From Polyangiales bacterium (GTDB lineage Bacteria > Myxococcota_A > Polyangia > Polyangiales > JADJQN01): a stretch of 64,000 nt of DNA. Shown one piece after another: positions 42,951 through 60,768 of the stretch. The DNA is taken from NCBI GenBank assembly GCA_964202905.1, contig CAXNJO010000005.1, positions 256,001 through 320,000 on the forward strand, read 5' to 3'. The notes beneath the pieces were generated by a model. The model did no database searches. It was not told the origin of the DNA and was given only the letters and a program-made list of their open reading frames with translations. The position numbers were made by a program, and so were the translations under genes. How positions within the stretch are numbered: position 1 is the first letter of the stretch; the number at the start of each line of letters is the position of its first letter.

Positions 42951-43718
42951 GTGCTCCTCGCGGTCGACGTCGGCAACACCCACACGGTGCTCGCGCTCTA
43001 CGACGGCGCGCGCCTCGCCCACCATTTCCGCATCGAAAGCGCGAAGGGCCGCACCTCGGACGAGCTGCACATCCTCGTGAGGCAGTTGCTCGCGCTCGCG
43101 GGCGTGCCGCCCGAGCGGGTCGTCGGATCGATCCTCGGGTCCGTCGTGCCGGCGCTCTCGGAGGTGTTCGTCACGGCGTGCCGCGCGGCCTTCGGCCACG
43201 AAATGCTGATCGTCGGACCGGGCATCAAGACGGGGATGCCGATCCTCATCGAGAACCCGCGCGAGGTCGGCGCGGACCGCATCGTGAACTCCGTCGCCGC
43301 CTTCGAGCGCACGCGCAGCGGCACGATCGTCGTCGATTTCGGCACCGCGACGACGTTCGACTGCATCTCGCCGAAGGGCGAGTATCTCGGCGGTGCCATC
43401 GCGCCGGGCGTGCAGATCGCGGCCGACGCGCTCTTCGTCCGCGCGGCGAAGCTCCCGCGCGTCGAACTCGCGAAGCCCCCGCGCGCGGTTGGGCGCAACA
43501 CCACGCACGCCATGCAGAGCGGCATCCTCTTCGGCTACGTCGGCCTGGTCGACGGCCTCGTCGAGCGCCTGCGGAACGAGCTCGGCTTCCCGTGTCGGGT
43601 TCTCGCGACGGGGGGGCTCGCGCGTGTCGTGCAGGCGGAGTCCCGCGCGATCGAGGAGGTCGACGAGTTCCTCACGCTCGAGGGGCTGCGCCTGCTCTAC
43701 CAGCGCAACGCGGACTGA
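42951..43718 (+). CDS. coaX: Type III pantothenate kinase
   Basis: AVDVGNT, EVGADR, VVDFGTATT, GGAIAPG and ATGG motifs. Confidence 0.95.
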   Translation: MLLAVDVGNTHTVLALYDGARLAHHFRIESAKGRTSDELHILVRQLLALAGVPPERVVGSILGSVVPALSEVFVTACRAAFGHEMLIVGPGIKTGMPILIENPREVGADRIVNSVAAFERTRSGTIVVDFGTATTFDCISPKGEYLGGAIAPGVQIAADALFVRAAKLPRVELAKPPRAVGRNTTHAMQSGILFGYVGLVDGLVERLRNELGFPCRVLATGGLARVVQAESRAIEEVDEFLTLEGLRLLYQRNAD

Positions 43719-44765
43719 GTGTTGTCGGCCCACGGCCGCAGCACCGCCACGCGGCTCGCGCTCACGATCACGCTCGGCGTGCTCGGGCTCGGCGCGGCGA
43801 TGGGCGCGTCCGTGATGCTCGGCGCGAGCGACATCGACTTCCGCCGCGCGCTCGACCCGGCGCTCGCGCACGAGCGGGACGCGCTGCTGCTCTTCGAGGC
43901 GCGCCTGCCCCGGGTCGTGCTCGGCGCGCTCGCGGGCGCGGGGCTCGGGGCCGCGGGCGCGGCGCTCCAAGCGCTGCTGCGCAACCCGCTCGCCGATCCG
44001 TACGTCCTCGGTACGAGCGGCGGCGCGGCGCTCGGCGCCACGGTCGCCATCGCGCTCGGCGTGCCTGCGCTCGCCGGCGCGGGCGCGCTGCTGCTGCCAC
44101 TGACGGCCTTCGCCGGCGCGGTCGGCGCGACGCTGCTCGTCACGGGCGTCGCGCGGCTCGCGGGCGCGTCGAGCCCGACGACGATCGTGCTCGCGGGCAT
44201 CGTGGTCAACGCCTTCACATCGGCGGCGATCACGTTCATCAAGGTGCTCGCCTCGAGCGTGCAGGCGCAGGAGCTGCTCTTCTGGCTCGTCGGCGCGCTC
44301 GGCTACGAGCGCTGGAGCACGCTGCTCGTCGCGGGCGCGTACGTCCTCGCGGGGGTCGTGACGCTCACCGCGCTCGGCGGGCGCCTCAACCTCCTCGGAC
44401 TCGGCGACGAGGCGGCGCTCGCGCTCGGCGTGCGGCTGCGCGCCGTGCGGCTCGCCGTGCTCGTCACGACCTCGCTCGTCGTCGCCGGTGTCGTCTCGCT
44501 CTGCGGGTTGATCGGCTTCGTCGGGCTCGTCGTGCCGCACGGCGTGCGGCGCGTGCTCGGCCCCGATCACCGCCTCGTCGTCCCCGGGAGCGCGCTCGCG
44601 GGGGGCGCCTTCCTCGTGCTCGCGGACACCGGCACGCGGCTGCTGCTCGACGCCCTCGGCACCGAGCCGCCCGTCGGCGCGATCACGGCGCTGATCGGCT
44701 GCCCGCTCTTTCTCGCGATCCTCGTCGGCGCGCGCCCCCGCCACGCGCCGCCCGACGTCCCCTGA
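43719..44765 (+). CDS. FecCD/BtuC family ABC transporter permease
   Basis: RLPRV, LLRNPLADPYVLG, LGDEAA.ALG, GLIGFVGLVVPH and PVGAITALIG motifs. Confidence 0.93.
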   Translation: MLSAHGRSTATRLALTITLGVLGLGAAMGASVMLGASDIDFRRALDPALAHERDALLLFEARLPRVVLGALAGAGLGAAGAALQALLRNPLADPYVLGTSGGAALGATVAIALGVPALAGAGALLLPLTAFAGAVGATLLVTGVARLAGASSPTTIVLAGIVVNAFTSAAITFIKVLASSVQAQELLFWLVGALGYERWSTLLVAGAYVLAGVVTLTALGGRLNLLGLGDEAALALGVRLRAVRLAVLVTTSLVVAGVVSLCGLIGFVGLVVPHGVRRVLGPDHRLVVPGSALAGGAFLVLADTGTRLLLDALGTEPPVGAITALIGCPLFLAILVGARPRHAPPDVP

Positions 44766-44813
44766 CCGCGCGGCCCGCTAACGCCCCAACCCCTCGAGCG
44801 ACCCACTGCACCC

Positions 44814-46718
44814 ATGACCGACTCCGCTTCCCACGACCCGCGCACCGCCGCTTCCCTTCGAGCGGCTGCGTCTCCTCGAGCCGAGACACGGAGCGGCACC
44901 GCGGGCGCCCCCGGCAAGCCGGCCGCACAGCGCTCCCGCTTCGCGCGCATCGGCCGCGTGCTCGCGCTGATCGCCCCGCACAAGGGGCGCTTCGCGCTCG
45001 CGGTCACCGTGCTCCTGCTCGGCTCGGGGCTCGGCCTCGTCTACCCGCAGGCGATCCGCTACGCGATCGATCACGGCATCTCGGGCGGCTCGACGACGCG
45101 GCTCGACTGGATGGCGGCGGCGCTCGCCGGCGTGTTCGTCGTCGACTCGGGCCTGACGTGGATCCGCCACTACCTGATGGGGTGGCTCGGCGAACGCGCC
45201 GTCACCGACCTGCGCCGCGCCGTGTTCGCGCGGCTCGTCACGCTCCCGCCCACCTGGTACCACGAGCGGCGCACGGGCGAGCTCACTGGCCGCCTCGCAT
45301 CGGACACCACCACCGTCGAGTCGGTCGTCGGCTCCGACATCAGCATCGCGCTCCGCAACCTCGTGCAGTTCTTCGGCGGGCTCGTGCTGCTCTTCATCAC
45401 CAACGCGCGGCTCACGGGCGCGATCCTCGTGACGATCCCGCCGCTGATGATCCTCGTGATGGTGTTCGGACGCCGCGTGCGCCGCATGAGCCGCGACGTG
45501 CAGGACCAGCTCGCCGAGACGAGCGCGCACGTGCAGGAGACGGTCGGCGCGATCCAGACGGTGCAGGCCTTCACGCGCGAAGCACGCGAGACGGACGGCT
45601 ACGGCACGCGCGTCGAGGCCGCGTTCGCGCGGGCGCTGCGGCTCATCCGCTGGCGCGGCGGCTTCATGGCGTTCGCGAGTCTCTTCGCGTTCCTCTCGAT
45701 CGCGGGCGTCTTGTGGATCGGCGGGCGCGCGGTCGTCGCAGGCGAGATCACCGGCGGCGAGCTGGTCGCCTTCATCCTCTACACGATCATGCTCGCGAGC
45801 GCGCTCGGCAGCCTCACCGAGCGCTGGACGGCGCTCGAGCGCGCGGCCGGCGCCACCGAGCGCATCTTCGAGATCATCGAGACCGTCCCCGACATCCGCG
45901 ACGCCGACGTGCCGACGCCGCTGCCCGCGCAGACGCCCGGGCGAGGCACGGCCGTGCGCTTCGAGCACGTGGGCTTCCACTACCCGACGCGCCCCGATCA
46001 CCCGGTACTCTCCGATGTCTCGCTCGAGCTCGCGCCGGGCGAGGTCGTCGCCGTGGTCGGGCCATCCGGGGCCGGCAAATCCACGCTCGCCGCGCTCCTC
46101 CTGCGCTTCCAGGACGTCGTCGAGGGCTCCGTGTGTTTCGACGGAGTCGACGTGCGGGCGCTCGCGCTGCGCGAGCTGCGCCAATCGATCGGGCTGGTCG
46201 CGCAAGAGCCCGTGCTCTTCAGCGGCACCATCGCGGAGAACATCGCGTACGGCGCCCCTGCCGCGACGCCCGCCGACATCGAGCGCGCGGCCCGCGACGC
46301 GAGCGCGCACGCCTTCATCACGGGCTTTCCCGACGGCTACGCGACGCTCGTCGGCGAGCGCGGCGTGCAGCTCTCGGGCGGCCAGCGCCAGCGCATCGCG
46401 ATCGCCCGCGCGATCCTCATGGACCCGCGCGTGCTCGTGCTCGACGAGGCGACGAGCAACCTCGACGCCGAGAGCGAGGCGCTCGTGCAAGAGGCGCTCG
46501 CGCGGCTCATGAAGGGCCGCACGACGCTCGTCATCGCGCACAGGCTGAGCACCGTGCGCGAGGCCGACCGCATCGTCGTCCTCGCCGCCGGACGCGTCGC
46601 GGAGACCGGCACGCACGCAGCGCTGATGGCACGCCAGGGCGTGTACCGGCGCCTCATCGATCACCAGCTCTTCAGCGCCGCGCTGCCGCCGGCGGCGACG
46701 CCCGACGCGACGGCGTGA
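44814..46718 (+). CDS. ABC exporter, fused permease/ATPase (MsbA/ABCB-like)
   Basis: Six-TM domain followed by GPSGAGKS, LSGGQRQR, LDEATS and IAHRL. Confidence 0.95.
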   Translation: MTDSASHDPRTAASLRAAASPRAETRSGTAGAPGKPAAQRSRFARIGRVLALIAPHKGRFALAVTVLLLGSGLGLVYPQAIRYAIDHGISGGSTTRLDWMAAALAGVFVVDSGLTWIRHYLMGWLGERAVTDLRRAVFARLVTLPPTWYHERRTGELTGRLASDTTTVESVVGSDISIALRNLVQFFGGLVLLFITNARLTGAILVTIPPLMILVMVFGRRVRRMSRDVQDQLAETSAHVQETVGAIQTVQAFTREARETDGYGTRVEAAFARALRLIRWRGGFMAFASLFAFLSIAGVLWIGGRAVVAGEITGGELVAFILYTIMLASALGSLTERWTALERAAGATERIFEIIETVPDIRDADVPTPLPAQTPGRGTAVRFEHVGFHYPTRPDHPVLSDVSLELAPGEVVAVVGPSGAGKSTLAALLLRFQDVVEGSVCFDGVDVRALALRELRQSIGLVAQEPVLFSGTIAENIAYGAPAATPADIERAARDASAHAFITGFPDGYATLVGERGVQLSGGQRQRIAIARAILMDPRVLVLDEATSNLDAESEALVQEALARLMKGRTTLVIAHRLSTVREADRIVVLAAGRVAETGTHAALMARQGVYRRLIDHQLFSAALPPAATPDATA

Positions 46719-46758
46719 AGAGCCGGGACGAGGCGTCGCCGCACACCGACCGCGGACG

Positions 46759-48537
46759 CTATTGCGACTGCGTGAAGAGCTGGAAGAAGTAGTCGCCCGC
46801 GCCCGACACCGCTTGCACCTTGAGCGTGAAGTTGCCGTTCTGCGCGGGGCAGTGACGCACGCTCGGGAACGCGTTCCTCGACGACTCGGCCGCGACGGGC
46901 GTCGAGCCCTGCAACAGCGACGCGTCGACGTCGACCACCCCCTCGCCCCCGACGACGAGCACCGAATAGCAGCGGCCGCCGCGCATCGGGATGGTGTGCG
47001 TGCGCTGGTCGCCCTCGCGCCGGAACGTCGCGCGCTCAGGGGTGAAGTCGGAGTCCGGCTCGAAGCCCTCGACGTTGAGGAGCTGCGTGACCTCGGCGAG
47101 CCGCACGTACATCAGGCCCGAGAGGCCGAACGGACCGCGCGTCCCACGGGGCCAGCGGTACTGCTGGTACACGAAGTTGCCCGCGCCCGCGTACATCTTC
47201 ACGCGCATCGTGTACGCGCCCGAAGACTGCGGACAGACGCGCACGATCGGCCGCGAGTTCTGCTCGATGTCGCGGTCGACCTCGGTGCCGCGCGCGTCGA
47301 GCAGGCGCAGGTCGAGGTCGCGCACGCCGTTGTCGCCGACCCCGAGGATCGCGTAGCACTTGCCGCCCTCGAGGCTCATCGGGTAGTCGGTCTCGGCGGA
47401 CTCGCTGAGCTGCGAGCGCCGCACGTCGCCGAAGGTCTCGTAGCCGCGCGCGCGCATGTCGCCGTCGAGCAGGCGGAAGTTGTCCTCGAGGCCGGCGCCC
47501 GCCGTGGACGTCGCGGCGACGACCTGCGTGTCGGGCGCGGGCGCAGCGCCCTGCTGGTAGGCGGCCGTGAAGAGTGGGCCGGTGCCGCTGTACATCTTCA
47601 CCTGCAGCTTGTAGCTGCCGGTGACCGTGGGGCAGTACCGGACGAGCCCATCGGCGGAGCTCGCGACGTCGCGCGCGAGCTCGCTGCCGCTGCCGTCGAG
47701 GAGCGAGACGTCGGTGTCGGCTGCGCCCGGCCCGCCGAAGCTCGCGAACGCGTAGCAGGTGCCCGCCTGCAGCGTCGCGGGGAACTCGCGCACCTGACCC
47801 GCCGCGAGCACGAGGCCGGCGGGGCCGTAGATCCGGCGGAACCGCTCACCCTCGAGGGTGCGCTCGGCCGCTTCGATGCGGGCATTGGTCGCGGGGTCGA
47901 GCTGCGCCGTCTGCACCTGCGGCGCGGGGCTCGCCCCACCGAAGAACGCCGAGAGGTCCGGCTGCGCCCCCGAGGACCCCTGGTAGACCGCGTAGTAGTA
48001 ACCGCCCGCGCCGGCGTGCATCTGCAGTCGCGCGGCGAGCCGCCCGCCGACGCCGGGGCAGGCGAACGCCCACGGATGCCCGTCCGGGCGCACGTCGTAC
48101 GCGACCGTGCGCATCGACGCGTCGGTGACGTTGAGGTTGATGTCCTGCCCGGGTTGCTCGCCGATGGCGAAGATCGCGTAGCAGGCGTTCGGGGCCGCGT
48201 TGACGGCGTAGGCGATGAGCCCCGAGGCCGGGAGGCTCCCGTGGACGGCGGGGCCGAGCGGCACGTAGCCGCGCTGACGCAGCAGCCGATCCAGCTGCGT
48301 GAGCTGGTTGCGCGCGTCGCCGCTCGCCGTGACGCCCGCCTGCGCCGCGCCACCGCCCGCCTGCGGCCCGGCGTACCCGTTGGGGGGCCGCGGCCCCGTG
48401 TAGGTGTTGTTCGCGCCATTCGACGCGCCGCCCCCGAAGTCGAGGCCGAAGCGTCGGGGGGAGGCGCCGCAGGCGGCGAGCAGGGAGAAGGAAGCGACCA
48501 AGAGGAGGAAAGCGAGGCGGCGCGACATGGGCATCAC
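46759..48537 (-). CDS. Lipoprotein with four tandem PPC-like beta-sandwich repeats
   Basis: Lipobox LLAAC. Four repeats of RGY/F..CY(A/S)..G..D.D..L.D..CP...G.Y. Confidence 0.8.
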   Translation of the reverse strand: MMPMSRRLAFLLLVASFSLLAACGASPRRFGLDFGGGASNGANNTYTGPRPPNGYAGPQAGGGAAQAGVTASGDARNQLTQLDRLLRQRGYVPLGPAVHGSLPASGLIAYAVNAAPNACYAIFAIGEQPGQDINLNVTDASMRTVAYDVRPDGHPWAFACPGVGGRLAARLQMHAGAGGYYYAVYQGSSGAQPDLSAFFGGASPAPQVQTAQLDPATNARIEAAERTLEGERFRRIYGPAGLVLAAGQVREFPATLQAGTCYAFASFGGPGAADTDVSLLDGSGSELARDVASSADGLVRYCPTVTGSYKLQVKMYSGTGPLFTAAYQQGAAPAPDTQVVAATSTAGAGLEDNFRLLDGDMRARGYETFGDVRRSQLSESAETDYPMSLEGGKCYAILGVGDNGVRDLDLRLLDARGTEVDRDIEQNSRPIVRVCPQSSGAYTMRVKMYAGAGNFVYQQYRWPRGTRGPFGLSGLMYVRLAEVTQLLNVEGFEPDSDFTPERATFRREGDQRTHTIPMRGGRCYSVLVVGGEGVVDVDASLLQGSTPVAAESSRNAFPSVRHCPAQNGNFTLKVQAVSGAGDYFFQLFTQSQ

Positions 48538-48879
48538 CGGGGTGGACGGGGCGGAGGCCCGTTCGCTTCACGCGAAGGCCTGCGGACGAAGGGCGCGGCG
48601 AAGCCAAGCACGAAGGGGGGGCGCCCCGCAAGCGCGCCCCACGCGCGTAAAAACGCGCAAAATGTGGCGCAAATACCTCACTCTCGCGCGCCACGCGCCG
48701 ACGGGCGCGGTGCCGCGGCCGCGCGCGCCCCGGTCGGGCGCCCCCGCACGGCGTACGCACGCCCCCCGGCGGACCCGACGCAACGCCCCGCCCGGGCGCA
48801 CGAGAAGGCCGCCGCCCCACGCCCCACCCCCGGAGCCGCCCCGTTGCGTCGCACCCCCGCCCGCCCGCACCCGCTCACC

Positions 48880-49404
48880 GTCACCCACGTTCTGCGCCTC
48901 GTCCTGCTCGGCGCGCTCGGCCTCGTCGCACCAGACGCGGCGCGCGCGCAGGCCCGCCCCGATCGCCCTGCGCCGAGCCAGCACCTCGCCTCCGATCGCG
49001 ACCTCTCCGCGTGGGATGTCGCGCTCACCGTCGATGTACTCGGCCCGCTGTCCGCGCGGTACGGCGCGCGGCTCGAGGTCGCCCCCGCGCGCTGGGCCTC
49101 GGTCGCGCTCGGGATGGACTGGCGCCCCCCGCACGGCGACGACGCAGTGGACCTCACCGCGTCCGCGCAGCTCTGGCCCCTCGCAGACGGCCTCGAGGGG
49201 CCGTACATCGGCTCCGGCGTCGTGCTCGCGCGGCGCGCGGCGGGGCTCGGGTGGGCCGCGCAGGGCGAGGTGGGTTGGCAGTGGGTGTGGAGCGGGGTCG
49301 TGCTCGCGGGCGCAGCCCGCTGCGGTTGGCACGCGCCGCACGCGGGGGAGGCGCAGGGACTCGAGCTCGGGGCGCGGCTCGCGCTCGGCTGGGCCTGGCG
49401 CTGA
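48880..49404 (+). CDS. Small putative outer-membrane beta-barrel protein (start uncertain)
   Basis: Signal-like LRLVLLGALGLVAPDAARAQ, alternating strands, and C-terminal RLALGWAWR. Confidence 0.5.
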   Translation, partial: VTHVLRLVLLGALGLVAPDAARAQARPDRPAPSQHLASDRDLSAWDVALTVDVLGPLSARYGARLEVAPARWASVALGMDWRPPHGDDAVDLTASAQLWPLADGLEGPYIGSGVVLARRAAGLGWAAQGEVGWQWVWSGVVLAGAARCGWHAPHAGEAQGLELGARLALGWAWR

Positions 49405-49497
49405 GCGGGGGCGACGCGCACGACGAACGGCGCGAACGACGCGAACGGCGCACGGCACGCACAGGCGGGTTGATCGGGGTGCGCGGGCCGAGCGACG

Positions 49498-50551
49498 TCA
49501 GCCCGCGCGGAGCAGCAGAAAGAGCGCGACCGCGCTCGCGGCGAGCACCAACCCGGCGAGGGTGTAGACGACGACATCCGCCGAGGCGCCCGAGCGTCGC
49601 CGCCGCTCGCGGAAGGGCACCGGCGACGCGGTGCGACCCGCGCCGTGCGGCGGCATCGAGGCCAACGGCGAAGACACATCCTTCGCGCGGTCCGCGTCGG
49701 CCGGGGGCGCGTCTGCTCGCGCTGGAGGCATCGGGCGACGCGGCCCCGCCCGACACCGCCGGGCCGGCGACGCGGTCCGGCTGGGACGAGGCGCCCCCGC
49801 CCGGCGAATGCGGGACATCGGGCTGGCCCTCGAGCGCGCGGAGCGCCGCATCCGCGGGATCCTCGAACACGAGCAGCGTCTGCCCCACCAGGAGCTCGTC
49901 GCGGTCGCGCAGGCGGCGCTCGCGGAGCGGGCGGTCGTTGAGGCGCGCGCCGTTCTTGCTGCCGAGGTCGCGCGCGAGCGCGCCGTCGAGGTCGCAGATC
50001 ACCTCGAGGTGCTCGCGGGAACAGTCCGCGTCGTCGAGCACCAGATCGCACGCCTCGCCGCGCCCGACGCGCAGGCGGGCGGGCGGCGCGGGCAGCGTGA
50101 GCGACGACCCGGCCTGCGGGCCACCGACGACGACGAGGCGGGCCGGCGCGTCGGCGGTCCCCTGCGGATCGAGCACCTCACGCACGAGGCGGCGCGCGAG
50201 CGCGGCGGTCTGCTCGGAGGAGGTCGGCGCGCTCGTCGCGATGCCCGCCTGGAAGGTCAGCGAGAAGCCCGCGACGTCGAGCACGTCGCCGCTGCGCAGC
50301 GCCTTCGCGCGGCCTGCGGCGAGCCGCGCGCCATTGACGCGTGTGCCGTTGGTCGAGCCGTCGTCGACGACGACGTAGGTGCTGCCCTCGAGCCGGATGA
50401 CCGCGTGCTGCTCGCTCACCGCCGGATGCGGGAGGCGCACGTCGGCGGAGGCGCCACGCCCGATCAGCACGCGGGTCTGCTCGAACTCCCAGGCGGGCCC
50501 TGCCCCCGCCTCGCCCGCGACCGGAGCGCGCACGACGAGTCGAACCGCCAT
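49498..50551 (-). CDS. Double-FHA domain membrane protein (frameshift at ~49730-49830)
   Basis: Two FHA motifs (IGR..VSEQHA..GSTNGT and VGR..CSREH..GSKNG). A C-terminal TM (VVVYTLAGLVLAASAVALFLLL) lies in another frame and ends at 49498. Confidence 0.8.
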
Positions 50552-50689
50552 CTTCCGGCGCGACACTGCCCGCCGCGGATCCCGGGGTCAAGGAATGGGC
50601 CCGCGCGCCGCGTGCCCCGCGCACCCTGTCGAAAACTGGCGCAGGCCTCGCGCTTCTGAGAGGAGTCCAGCCGTCAGGAGAATCCAGCC

Positions 50690-52886
50690 ATGCATGCAGC
50701 CCAGGACCGTCGATCGAACGATGAGGTGCGCGTCCCGCTCGACGTCCTCGTCTCGCTCGCACATCGGGACTTCGACGAGCCCTTCGAAGCCGATGCGCTG
50801 AACCTCAGCCGCGGCGGCCTCTCGCTCCGCGCCGCGTACCTGCCCGAGATCGGCGCGCGCCTCGCGTGCCGCTTCGAGTGTCCGCCCCTCGGGGCGCCGC
50901 TCGAGGCCGAGGGCGAGGTGGTCTGGGCCGCCGACGCAGGCGGGCAGGCAGGCGAGTTCGGCGTGCGCTTCGTCGCGCTCGACGCCGAAGCCGAGCAGGC
51001 CATCCGCGCGCTCGTCGGCGATGTCGCGACCGTCGCGCCCGCGCCCGGCGCGCAGCCGATGGCGCGGCTCTTCCTCGACGGCGTACCGACGCCGATCGTC
51101 GCGCGCGTCACGCAGCGGATGGACGACCTCGTGACCGTCGAGCAGGAGCTTCCCTTCCTCAGCCTCGAGCGTGGCCTCGCGCTGCGCGACGAGCAGGGCA
51201 TCTCGCGCCGCGGCCGCATCGGGAGCGTGGACCTCCAGCTCTGCGGCGACATGCCGAAGCTCGTGATGCAGGTGGTCTTCGACGAGCCCGCGGCGCCCGC
51301 CGTCGCGACGCGCCCCGCGACCATGCCGGGCGACGACCGCACCGAGCCGGACCTCGTCGCGCCCCCGATGGAGCAGGGGCTCTACGCCGACGAGGTGGCC
51401 GAGCGCGCGGCGATCCGTCGCTCGAGCGCAGGGACGCTCGCCGCCCCCTCCACCAACACCATCTCTGAAGATACTAGTGGGTACGACGAGGACGACGACG
51501 ACGTCGCCGCGGAACTCGAGGCGCCCACCGCGCGGCCCGCGCGCGAAGCGACGCAGATCGTGCGGACGGAGACGCTCCGCACGGCGACCGAGGCCGCCCT
51601 GCCCGCACGCCCGGCGGCGCGCGCCGCGACGAGTGGCTGCGCAGGCCGAGACAGGCACCGCGCAGGCCGAGACAGGCACCGCGCAGGCCGAGACAGGCAC
51701 CGCGCAGGCGCGGCTCGCGCTCGCGCTCGCGCAGGTGACCCCGCTCGTCGCGCGCTCGAGGGCCGCGGCCATCGCGCTCTGGGAGCGGCTCCGCCCCGCG
51801 CTGCTCGCCGCGATCGCGCGGGCGCGCACGGCGACCGCCTCGGTCGCACGCCGCGCAGGCCCGGCCGCGCGCGATGCGCTCGCCCGCAGCGGCGCGCTCG
51901 CTGGGCGCTTCGTCACGATCGCGCGGGCGCGCCTCGAAGCCCGCGCCGCGACGCAGGCCGCCGCGACGACCGCCCAGAAGCCGCGCCGCACGACCGCGGC
52001 GCCCCCCGCCGCAGCCGCACCCGGCGAGTGGCGCACACGCAAGGGCGCGCAGACCGAGCCCGCGCCCGCCCCCGCGCGGCGCCCGATCGGGCGCTACATC
52101 GTGCTCGCCGGCGCGGCCGTGAGCGCGCTCGCCTTCGGCACCTACGCCTTCTCCGGCGACGACGCCGAGACGCTCGACGTGCCCACGGTGCCCGGCGCGG
52201 CAGGCGCGCCCGCGGCCCCCTCGGCGCCGACGTCGTCCGCGACACCGGCGCCCCCCGTCGGCGCGCTGCCCGCGGCCCAGGCGTTTGCGCCCCCGACGCC
52301 CGCTGCGCCCGCCGGTCCCGTCGCCATCCCGACGCCCGCCGCGCTCGCCGCGCCGACGTACGTCGCCGGCAGCCTCCCGGCCCCGACGTATCCGACGCTG
52401 CAGCCCACCGCGCGCCCCGCGGTCGCGCCCGCGGGCGTGCCGACCGCGTCGCCCTACGCCGTCGACGTCCGCGCCGAGAGCGTCGCCGGGCATGACCCCA
52501 CGCTCCGCGCGCCGATGGCGCCGGGCGCACAGCCCGCGGCGCCCGCCGCAGCGCCGACCGCTGCGCCTGCGACGCCCGCCGGCACGCGCGAGTTCGGCGA
52601 TGCGTCGGTGACGCGCGGTCAGACCTTCACGCTGCGCATGAGCCAGGAGGTCGCGGGCCTCAGCGGTCGCCGCGATCCGGCCGGCTTCGATCTCCGCATC
52701 GACGGCGCGCTCACGCTCGACCGCGCGGCGCCCATCGCCGCGACGCACCCCGCGGTCGCGACGGCGATGATCATCAACCGCGGCGACCACGCCGACCTCG
52801 CGATCCGCTTCCGCGAGGGCATGGCGCCGGCCTACCACGTCGTCGCGCGCGGCGCGGCGCTCGAGATCACGATCGCGCGCCGCTGA
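50690..52886 (+). CDS. PilZ domain transmembrane protein with Pro-rich linker and periplasmic AMIN-like domain (+1 frameshift near 51635)
   Basis: RRSNDEVR, NLSRGG, GEVVW and FGVRF PilZ motifs. TM YIVLAGAAVSALAFG and the C-terminal domain are in the next frame. Confidence 0.75.
51639..51709 (+). repeat. 21-bp tandem repeat x3.4 (AQAETGT)
   Basis: gcgcaggccgagacaggcacc occurs as three perfect copies plus a partial copy. Confidence 0.92.
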
Positions 52887-53108
52887 ACCACGGTTCATCC
52901 GCGCGCCTGCCGCGCGTACGCCCCACGCTCCGCCCCGCACGCACCCCGCGCGCGGGGCGGTCGCGTTTCTGGCGGCGACACGCGGACGACTGAACCGTCA
53001 TTCATTCACGCGCGGCCGGCGGCAGCGGCGCGGCGACGCCTGCGCACGCGCCGCGAGGCGTTTGGCGCGCGCGAGGCTCACCGGACCACGCGCGACGACG
53101 GCCGCGCG

Positions 53109-53627
53109 CTACGTCCGACAGAAGCGCTTCCACGACTCGGGGACGGGTCCGCCGAGCACGCGCTCGGCGCCGCGCTCGTCGAGGATCACGAACTTGAAGT
53201 CGCCCGAGAAGGCCTCGCGTCCCTCCTGCACGAGGCGCACCGCGATCTCGGCGACGCGTCCCTGATCGCGCGCGAGCCGGCCGCGGCCCTCGACGGGGAC
53301 GCCGACACGGATCGGCGCCGCGAGCTTCGCGGAGAACGACGCGGTGAAACCGAAGCGGCCGCGCAGACCGATCACCGTCCACGCCGCGACCTCGTCGGCG
53401 AGGGTGGAGACGAGCCCGCCGTGCATGAGACCGGGCGGCCCCTGGTGATGCGCGCCCGGCGTGAAGTGCGTGACCATCTCGTCACCTTCGCGCACGAACG
53501 CGAGGCGGAAGCCGATGGGGTGATCCGGCGCGCAGCCGAAGCAGGGCTGCCCCGCGCCGAAGAGGTGCCCGTCCACGGCCCCCTCGGGGAGACCCACGGA
53601 GATCGCCTCCCGGGGGCGGTCCTCCAT
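53109..53627 (-). CDS. PaaI/hotdog-fold thioesterase
   Basis: CFGCAPDHPIG and HQGPPGLMHGGLVSTLADE motifs. Confidence 0.9.
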   Translation of the reverse strand: MEDRPREAISVGLPEGAVDGHLFGAGQPCFGCAPDHPIGFRLAFVREGDEMVTHFTPGAHHQGPPGLMHGGLVSTLADEVAAWTVIGLRGRFGFTASFSAKLAAPIRVGVPVEGRGRLARDQGRVAEIAVRLVQEGREAFSGDFKFVILDERGAERVLGGPVPESWKRFCRT

Positions 53628-53629
53628 GC

Positions 53630-60661
<7,032 letters not shown>

Positions 60662-60768
60662 CAGCCGGAAATATCATGGGTTCCGTGGGCTACCAAGGGG
60701 CGTCTCGCGGCGTCCGTGCCTTCACGCGGCACCGCGCCGCGGCGCCCGCGCGGCCCGCTGCCGCCGCC

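Noticed and set aside
48630..48685. AT-rich patch with repeated cgc(g/a)aaa between divergent genes
   Set aside because: Probably a promoter region, but there is no motif I can assign with confidence.
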